Source: Candidatus Helarchaeota archaeon
GTDB taxonomy: Archaea; Asgardarchaeota; Lokiarchaeia; Helarchaeales; RDOG01
Direction of reading: 5' to 3'
Length of the DNA stretch: 64,000 nucleotides
NCBI GenBank assembly: GCA_019058315.1
Contig: JAHPZH010000003.1
Location: 652,451 to 716,450, forward strand
The notes under the pieces were generated by a model, which ran no database searches, was not told the origin of the DNA, and was given only the letters and a program-made list of their open reading frames with translations. Shown here piece by piece: positions 58,201-64,000 of the stretch (the stretch's first letter is position 1; the number at the start of each line of letters is the position of its first letter). Position numbers and translations under genes: made by a program.

Positions 58201-59010
58201 TCAACTACTTTGGGTGTCATAACTTCCAAGATTTATAATTTATTTGAATTTGCTGGTCGACTCTCAGACCTAAATAACTTGTGCATCGAAAAAGCTCCAG
58301 TTGATGATATTCTTCTAGTGCTAAAAGAATTAAATATCAAGTCGAATTCTTATTTCTCAGGTTTAAAGATTGCCCAAACCCTTCAAGAAAATTTCAAGAA
58401 TTGGATAAATAATCTAGATCAAATCAAGGATGAAGAAATCTGGGACAGAACGTATCTAAACATGAGATACGATATTATCAACTTGATAGATGCAATCATC
58501 TTACTCTCAGAATCAAATTCAAAGAATTATTATGAAGCACCAGATTCTGAAGAAACTATAAAGAAAAACATCGAAATAGGAAATAAACAGTTAATAGATG
58601 AATATAAGAAAATTTTGGAGCAATATTCCAAAAATATCATATTCGCTTTGATGGTAATTGAGAAGAATGGAGGACTCAATTTGTACACGTATGATTTCAA
58701 GGAGGAAAAACTGGCATCGGATTTAATTGGTGGATTTTTAACTGCGATAAGAAGTTTTGGAACCGAAATATCAAAAGAAGAAACTATCATGAAAAAACTT
58801 TCGTATGAGCACTTTCAAATCGAGCTTTTAGAAGGACAACATATAATAGCTGCACTCTTTACTTCTGGAATTTCCGATCAACTAACTAAGGAACGGCTGA
58901 ATAAATTTTTAATCAAATTTGAAAAACAATTCAAAAACGAATTAGAAACATTCATGGGAGATATTTCACGATTCGAAAGGGCTAAAGATCTTATAAATCA
59001 AATTTTCTAA
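55252..59010 (+). CDS. single-pass receptor-like protein: 7-repeat extracellular propeller, Ig-like stalk, TM, cytoplasmic appendage(GAE/platform)-like, helical and longin-like domains
   Basis: Signal peptide; 7x WSNATVISDD..W repeats; TM LLLYIIIGGIAITTIAIIVAV plus KKRK; C-terminal ALMVIEKNGGLNLY...DLIGGFLTAIRSFG longin pattern. Confidence 0.8.
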   Translation: MRRHKILGFLIYLFTILIIIPSNYSFSTNETLPWNLLITNENRSPSVYDPILLSPSYSPWSNATIISDDFIGWNNDSSQFADIATDIYGNVHVVWEDQTIGEWGTDHEIMYANYTGSSWSNSTVISDDFTGWNTGDSHRPSIATDSNGDVHVVWNDNTNGPWYDSVGDWEIMYVNYTSSGWSNATVISDDFTGWNDQGSYWPDIAVDKNDNLHVVWEDWTDGEWGTDREIMYVNYTSSGWSNATVISDDFTGWNNDTSNYANIAIDIYGNLHVVWEDFTVGEWGSDHEVMYVNYTSSGWSNATVISDDFTGWNTGDSHRPSVATDNNGDVHVVWNDGTDGTWGTDWEIMYSNNSAGGWSKATVISDDSTNWNYDGSYQPEIAIDKNGDYHVVWNDWTPGEWGTDHEIMYVKHVGTGWTNATVISDDGTGWNNGDSSIAQIATDNNSYIHVVWHDDTDGEWGTDYEIMYSRYLWENNPPTSNHPNNITTPISDTDKIGWILYDDYDEGYYRVWANDTNGNYYIREDWQPWTNNTLLNVTINRTALGIYNYTIEYNDSAGIFGNPDTVIVYVVGNNGSKQFLSSGINYIFQYDNESFLWVNLTIFVSYETNLTITTYLKKPITFEDLSEGFLFFDLTLEDPNAIANVIIRFHYNESLLNGIEEQKIVLYIFNEGAGKWEILDNATSNYNDNYFQVNLAHLSKFAMAPKSQKEIPIIFLPPSGGDNLLLYIIIGGIAITTIAIIVAVKKRKEELEPIKKMKFKKEELKIKRAYDYLGGDIRYKVVVENISKENIRDISVELDVSKGFEQTKPINKIKKLEPGESIGSDFTLTPMTCGKTRIHGKVSYINGKGKPVTTEVSPSIVQIKCPLVQPKTISLSELMKLMGKLQSSHTEIEYSRLSKALAYQIAKEQVSSLDVLEVEENEDIFHVIYSGEAKVGGDLIIIDLIVKDKIIINVYLKDIKQATGFLANIKNLINLAIKYSSRISTTLGVITSKIYNLFEFAGRLSDLNNLCIEKAPVDDILLVLKELNIKSNSYFSGLKIAQTLQENFKNWINNLDQIKDEEIWDRTYLNMRYDIINLIDAIILLSESNSKNYYEAPDSEETIKKNIEIGNKQLIDEYKKILEQYSKNIIFALMVIEKNGGLNLYTYDFKEEKLASDLIGGFLTAIRSFGTEISKEETIMKKLSYEHFQIELLEGQHIIAALFTSGISDQLTKERLNKFLIKFEKQFKNELETFMGDISRFERAKDLINQIF
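55429..56664 (+). repeat. seven coding tandem repeats of about 59 codons
   Basis: Near-identical DNA blocks, e.g. atgtatgtaaattatacatcatcggg(c/t)tggtccaatgccac recurs three times. Confidence 0.9.
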
Positions 59011-59179
59011 ACCTAGTTAAAATTTTAAACAAAAGCAAATAGAGAACATAGAAATAATTTTTTAAAATTTTTTGAAGTCTTGATTGAGTTAAAGAAAAAT
59101 ATGTTGAGCTAAACCATATTTATTTGATATTTTTGTTAAAATTAATAAATCATTATATCATCTTCTAGTTGGTGCATAA

Positions 59180-60535
59180 ATGTTTGAGAAGAAATATGAT
59201 GCGATTATTATTGGTGCGGGTTTAGGAGGGTTAATGACTGCAGCAGGATTGGTTCAAGCAAAAAAGAGAGTCCTTGTTCTAGAAAAAGCAGCTTTTATTG
59301 GAGGAAAATATACAGAAATTGATTATAAGGGATATAAAGTCACTACCGGAGCTTGGACAAATATGGGTAGTAATAGCCATATAGACCGATTTTGTCAAAA
59401 AGTTGGTGCACAAGTTGATTATATTACTTTAAAACAAATACGAAAGGAACGTGGAACTCCGGGTTTACTTGGAAAAATTAGATATAAAAACGGAAAAGAA
59501 TTTCTACCCACTTCAACCTTAAATTCACCATTTTCTGAAAGTGAGATGCAAGAATTTTCAAAAATAATGATTGGTATGGTTTCTAAAGAACTTGAAGGAA
59601 TTGATAGGTCAAAAAATGTATCAGTTTTTGAATATGCAAAAAATTTTACAAATTCTGACAAGATTATCAAATTATTAGATTCATTAATAGGAATTGCAAG
59701 CGGATTAAATTCAAAAACAATCCCTGCAAGTGAATATAAAATAATTTTAGATGATGGTTTTGGGATAGCATCTGGTAGCTTTGGATTTCCAATTGGTGGT
59801 ATTAAATCCATTATAGATGCTCTAGAGAAAGTTATTATCAATAAAGGCGGTGAAATTAGGACTAAAAGTGCAGTTGAAAAAATACTAATTGATAGTAATT
59901 CGGCTACAGGAGTGCAATTGTCAGATGGTAAATCAATTTATTCAGACTTAGTTGTTAGTAATGCGGGACCAAGAAATCTTCTAAAAATATGTGGGCGAAA
60001 TAAATTTCCATCCAGTTTTCTTAAACAAGTTGATTCATTAATTCCAATAGAGGCGCTAGCCATTATATGTGGTTTAAATGAGCCGCTCAGTGAAGATGTG
60101 CCTATGATTATCACTCCGGACTGCCAGAGAATAGCTGGAATTTTTCAACCTACCTTTTTCGACCCGAGTGTTGCACCTCCTGGAAAAACTATGATTGATA
60201 TATTTGCTCCTCTTAAAACAAAAGATATCAAAAAAGAAATAGATCTCACCGTAAAAGATTTAGAAGATTTATATCCCGGCATTCTTGATCCTTCTAATTT
60301 GGATTTTCAGCTAAATATGGTATTTGCTGGCGACTTTCCAGCTGCAGAGGGTGCACAAACGTTCCGCCAGACGGGTAATGATAGAATTGACCCGAGATTA
60401 CCAGTAAATAATTTATTTATGGTAGGAGCCGAAGCTATAGGAAGTGGTGTTGCTGCGGATCTCATACCTATAGGAGTTAACAAAGCATTAGAGTATATAT
60501 TAGGAACTGAAAAATGGCTTAAGGTTACTACTTAA
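59180..60535 (+). CDS. phytoene dehydrogenase-like FAD-dependent oxidoreductase
   Basis: IIIGAGLGGL..A...LEK...GG; FPIGGIKSIIDAL; DPSVAPPGK. Confidence 0.88.
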   Translation: MFEKKYDAIIIGAGLGGLMTAAGLVQAKKRVLVLEKAAFIGGKYTEIDYKGYKVTTGAWTNMGSNSHIDRFCQKVGAQVDYITLKQIRKERGTPGLLGKIRYKNGKEFLPTSTLNSPFSESEMQEFSKIMIGMVSKELEGIDRSKNVSVFEYAKNFTNSDKIIKLLDSLIGIASGLNSKTIPASEYKIILDDGFGIASGSFGFPIGGIKSIIDALEKVIINKGGEIRTKSAVEKILIDSNSATGVQLSDGKSIYSDLVVSNAGPRNLLKICGRNKFPSSFLKQVDSLIPIEALAIICGLNEPLSEDVPMIITPDCQRIAGIFQPTFFDPSVAPPGKTMIDIFAPLKTKDIKKEIDLTVKDLEDLYPGILDPSNLDFQLNMVFAGDFPAAEGAQTFRQTGNDRIDPRLPVNNLFMVGAEAIGSGVAADLIPIGVNKALEYILGTEKWLKVTT

Positions 60536-60637
60536 ATTTAATTTTGTAATTAAATTGATATACTTAAGATATTTTTCAAAAGTTGAATTAAGGTATAATC
60601 TATAACAAATTTATTAAAAAGACTTAGAGGATTTTCT

Positions 60638-61945
60638 TTGGCAGACTCGCAAGGAATAGAATTTTATGAAAAATTTACCTTTATGTTAAAAGATATGCAA
60701 ATGGCTTACCCTTTTGGAGTGGGTAAAGCAATATATTTATATTTTAGTAAATTACTTAAACAAATTCGGGATCCTAACAAAAAGAAAATATTATCAAACA
60801 TTGGTATTTGTCCGGAAATTTGTTATGCGATGGATTTAGTCCCGATTCAGCAAGAACTTACCAGTACTTTATGTGCAGCACTTGGAACATCAGTTGAATA
60901 TTTAGATTCTGCAATTGAGGCAGGAATGCCGCAAGGTTATCTTTGTAATTTCCAAAAAGTCTGGATTGGTGCAATGATATTGAAAAAGCTTCCCATACCA
61001 GATCTATTAGTATATGCTCCAGAACCTTGTGATTCAATGCATGAAAATTATCAATTCATTCAAAATCGTTATAATATTCCTGCATTTGGTTTTGACATTC
61101 CATATTGGACACATGAAAAGAGTTCTCCTTATTATAGTGACCGGATTTCAGAGTATGTAGGAAATCAAGTGAAAAAGATGGTTTCCTTTTTAGAAAAACA
61201 TACAAATTCAAAATTAGAGCCTGAAAAACTAAAAGAAACAATGGAAAAGTCAAATGCTGCTCGTCTAAATATGCTCGAAATACTTGAGTACTGTAAAGCC
61301 GTTCCAAGTCCGATGCCAAGTTCTATATTAACTCCATTCCTTATTTTACTTTCCTGCCTACTTGGTACAGATGAAGCTATAAATCTAACAAAATCGGTAA
61401 GAGACGAAGTTTACTCCAGATTTAAAAATAAACAAGGACATATTGCTTTAACTTATAAGAAAAAGACGGAAAAACTTAGACTATTATGGTTATTAATTCC
61501 AATAGCCTGGGATCTGGGAATAAGTAACTGGATGGAACGAAAATATGGTTGTATTACTATAATGGATATACTTTCAATTTACTTAACAAAACCAATCGAC
61601 ACAACAAGTTTAGAGTCCATATATAGAGATTTAGGAAAAGCAGTGATAGATTATCCAATGGGTCGTCAATATCGTGGACCAATCGAATTTTTTTTGGATG
61701 ATATGCTAAGAATTTGCAAGGATTATAAAATAGACGCGGCGGTATTGGGAGGTCATAATTGTAAAAACGTGTTTGCAGTCCGTAAATTGATTTCGGAAAC
61801 TTTAGATAAAGAGATGGGAATTAAAACCCTTGAACTGGAAGCAGATTCACTAGATCCCCGAGTAAAGCAAAAAAAAGATATAAAAAGAGCTTTAAGTCAA
61901 TTTTTAGATCGAATTACTAAAGAAAAATATGGGATAGAAAAATAA
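60638..61945 (+). CDS. 2-hydroxyacyl-CoA dehydratase/benzoyl-CoA reductase subunit family (HGD-D)
   Basis: PEICYAMDLVP; LCNFQK; PCD; FDIPY; HNCK; LEADSLDPR. Confidence 0.85.
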   Translation: MADSQGIEFYEKFTFMLKDMQMAYPFGVGKAIYLYFSKLLKQIRDPNKKKILSNIGICPEICYAMDLVPIQQELTSTLCAALGTSVEYLDSAIEAGMPQGYLCNFQKVWIGAMILKKLPIPDLLVYAPEPCDSMHENYQFIQNRYNIPAFGFDIPYWTHEKSSPYYSDRISEYVGNQVKKMVSFLEKHTNSKLEPEKLKETMEKSNAARLNMLEILEYCKAVPSPMPSSILTPFLILLSCLLGTDEAINLTKSVRDEVYSRFKNKQGHIALTYKKKTEKLRLLWLLIPIAWDLGISNWMERKYGCITIMDILSIYLTKPIDTTSLESIYRDLGKAVIDYPMGRQYRGPIEFFLDDMLRICKDYKIDAAVLGGHNCKNVFAVRKLISETLDKEMGIKTLELEADSLDPRVKQKKDIKRALSQFLDRITKEKYGIEK

Positions 61946-61974
61946 ATTTAAAGATTTTATTATTCAATTATGAG

Positions 61975-62715
61975 GTGAATTTTATGGAAAGGTTAAAAGC
62001 AATACCCATTTCTGCTCCTTTATATGAATTTAAGAAAAATGAGACATTTTTTTACCCTGATTCAAAATTTTTAATGGTTACGTTTAGTGTTGATAGAGAA
62101 GATATTAAAGAATTGGTTCCACCTCCGTTAATTGTCGGTAAATCACCAATGGTTATATGTTATGTAGCATATTTTAAAGATTCATTTGTGGGAAATTATC
62201 ACGAGGCAGCAACTTTTATTGAAGCACGATTAAAAACGAAAACAACTAAGGATATGGGTTGGTACTGTAATAGTATGTTTGTTGATAATGATGCAGCAAT
62301 GGCAGCAGGACGTGAAATTTACGGTTTTCCAAAAAAAATTGCAGAATTCAAGCTATTTACTGAAAAGGGAAAACAAATTGGCATTGTAAAAAGAAATGGG
62401 ATTGAAATAATGAAAATAGTAGTTGAACTTACAAATGAAGTAAATGAAATTCCTGGAGGACAAGTCATTAGAGCTTTAACTTTAAAACACATTACTAATC
62501 CAGAGAATAATGGAATTGAACTTTCCGAATTTGTAGCAACTGATTTAAAAGTGATTCCTAAAACAATTAAAAATGGGAGTACATCAGTTGAATTTAAAGA
62601 ATCAAAAAGAGATTTAATATATTTGCTTAAACCAAAAACGGATCCCTTGGGTTTTTATATAATTTCAAACGAAATGTATTTACCTCCCGGAAAAATAATA
62701 CATAAAATGGTTTAA
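61975..62715 (+). CDS. acetoacetate decarboxylase family protein
   Basis: ELVPPPL; GNYHEA; AMAAGREIYGFPKK Schiff-base Lys motif. Confidence 0.9.
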   Translation: MNFMERLKAIPISAPLYEFKKNETFFYPDSKFLMVTFSVDREDIKELVPPPLIVGKSPMVICYVAYFKDSFVGNYHEAATFIEARLKTKTTKDMGWYCNSMFVDNDAAMAAGREIYGFPKKIAEFKLFTEKGKQIGIVKRNGIEIMKIVVELTNEVNEIPGGQVIRALTLKHITNPENNGIELSEFVATDLKVIPKTIKNGSTSVEFKESKRDLIYLLKPKTDPLGFYIISNEMYLPPGKIIHKMV

Positions 62716-62891
62716 TTATACACGATTCTTTTATAAATATTTAGGAATTATCACAGTTAAGTTAATTACGTATCAAATTTTTAAATTATTATCATAAAGA
62801 ATATTTCATTGTAATAATTCATTTCATAAAAACAAAGTATCTTGTTTGATACTGGTTCTTTTTATATTTGGACTATTCACGATAGAGGTTT

Positions 62892-63074
62892 ATGAAATTG
62901 ATTCAAATTGATGATAAGAAATGTTGTGGTTGTAGTTATTGTGTATTAACTTGTCCTAAAGAGGCAATAACTTCCTATTATGGTGCTGAAGTTAATGAAA
63001 AGTGTACTAGCTGTGGGATTTGTGTACATAATTGTCCAAATTATGCCATTATAATTATACAAGGTGAAAAATAA
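62892..63074 (+). CDS. 2x[4Fe-4S] ferredoxin
   Basis: CCGCSYCVLTCP and CTSCGICVHNCP. Confidence 0.9.
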   Translation: MKLIQIDDKKCCGCSYCVLTCPKEAITSYYGAEVNEKCTSCGICVHNCPNYAIIIIQGEK

Positions 63075-64000
63075 ATGTCTGAACAAGATTATGATACCAT
63101 CATTATAGGTGCTGGAATTGGGGGTTTAATGACAGCTGCTGGGTTATTACATGCTGGAAAAAGAAAAATTCTGGTTTTAGAAAAAGGAACGTTTATAGGA
63201 GGCAAGTATACAGAAATTAATCATAAGGGATACAAGGTAACTACGGGATCTTGGACTAGTATAGGTAAAAGTTCACATATCGGTCGTTTTTGCGAAGAAG
63301 TTGGAGCAAATGTTGAATATATAACTCTAAGACAAATGAAGAAAAAAGGTATTGGTTCTGGGTTATTTAGCAAGGTCAGATATACTGATGGAACTGAATA
63401 TTCACCAACATCAACTGAAACGACTCATTTTTCAGAAAAAGAGGGGGAAGAAATGACTACATTGTTGATGGGATTAGCTGCCAAAGAACTTAAAGGGATT
63501 GATAGGTCTAAGAATGTTTCCGTAAGACAATATGGAGAGAATTTTACAAAATCAGAAGGTATAATGGGACTTCTGGATTCTTTAATAGGCACAGCTGCTT
63601 GTTTAAATGTTGATACTATGCCAACAAGTGAGTTCCGGATCATTATGGAAGACGGTTTTAGATTAGCTGCTGCAAGGTTTGGTTTCCCAGTAGGAGGCGT
63701 TCGAGGTATTATTGATGCTTTGGAAAAAGTAATTAGAGAAAAAGGGGGAGAAATCCAAACCAAATGCAATGTTGAGAAAATAAACATTGATAATAATCGT
63801 GCAACTGGAGTCGAGTTATCTGATGGTAAAACAATTAATTCAAAAATCGTAGTTCACAACGCTGGACCAAGGAGACTTTTGGAACTTGGCGGAAGAAAAA
63901 ATTTCCCTAATGAATTAGTCAAAAAAATTGATAATCTAATCCCCGTCGAAGCCGCTGCAATTATATTGGGATTAAATAAGCCTATTTCTAAAGATATTCC
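63075..64000 (+). CDS. second phytoene dehydrogenase-like oxidoreductase (3'-truncated by window; absent from ORF track)
   Basis: ATG at 63075: MSEQDYDTIIIGAGIGGLMTAAGL...GGKYTEI.HKGYKVTTG; open to window end; clear paralogue of 59180..60535. Confidence 0.88.
   Translation, partial: MSEQDYDTIIIGAGIGGLMTAAGLLHAGKRKILVLEKGTFIGGKYTEINHKGYKVTTGSWTSIGKSSHIGRFCEEVGANVEYITLRQMKKKGIGSGLFSKVRYTDGTEYSPTSTETTHFSEKEGEEMTTLLMGLAAKELKGIDRSKNVSVRQYGENFTKSEGIMGLLDSLIGTAACLNVDTMPTSEFRIIMEDGFRLAAARFGFPVGGVRGIIDALEKVIREKGGEIQTKCNVEKINIDNNRATGVELSDGKTINSKIVVHNAGPRRLLELGGRKNFPNELVKKIDNLIPVEAAAIILGLNKPISKDI

Overview
AT-rich archaeal chromosomal segment, very likely from an Asgard archaeon (Lokiarchaeia/Helarchaeales-like). 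This is inferred from seven Arf/Rag-like small GTPases, several longin/roadblock domains, Bet3/V4R proteins, and UGA-Sec selenoproteins with structured 3'-UTR elements. Main contents: (i) an scpA-scpB-[Bet3/V4R x2, Rag-like GTPase]-scpB2-smc chromosome-organisation cluster; (ii) a GTPase-longin-GTPase triplet; (iii) an hdrD-like/hdrA/mvhD(Sec) cluster split by a 16-repeat FG-GAP surface protein; (iv) assorted metabolic genes (M24 peptidase, trans-sulfuration enzyme, AOR plus ferredoxin, PfkB kinase, HxlB, phytoene-dehydrogenase-like pair, 2-hydroxyacyl-CoA dehydratase); (v) tRNA-Pro(GGG) with a D-loop intron, selD(Sec), and a tandem array of four HhH-GTPase-coiled-coil proteins ending in a WH2-like tail; (vi) a single-pass receptor-like protein joining an extracellular 7-repeat propeller to cytoplasmic coat-appendage-like and longin domains. 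No CRISPR array, rRNA or recognisable transposase/integrase was seen. All protein assignments come from motif recognition by eye, not from database searches.
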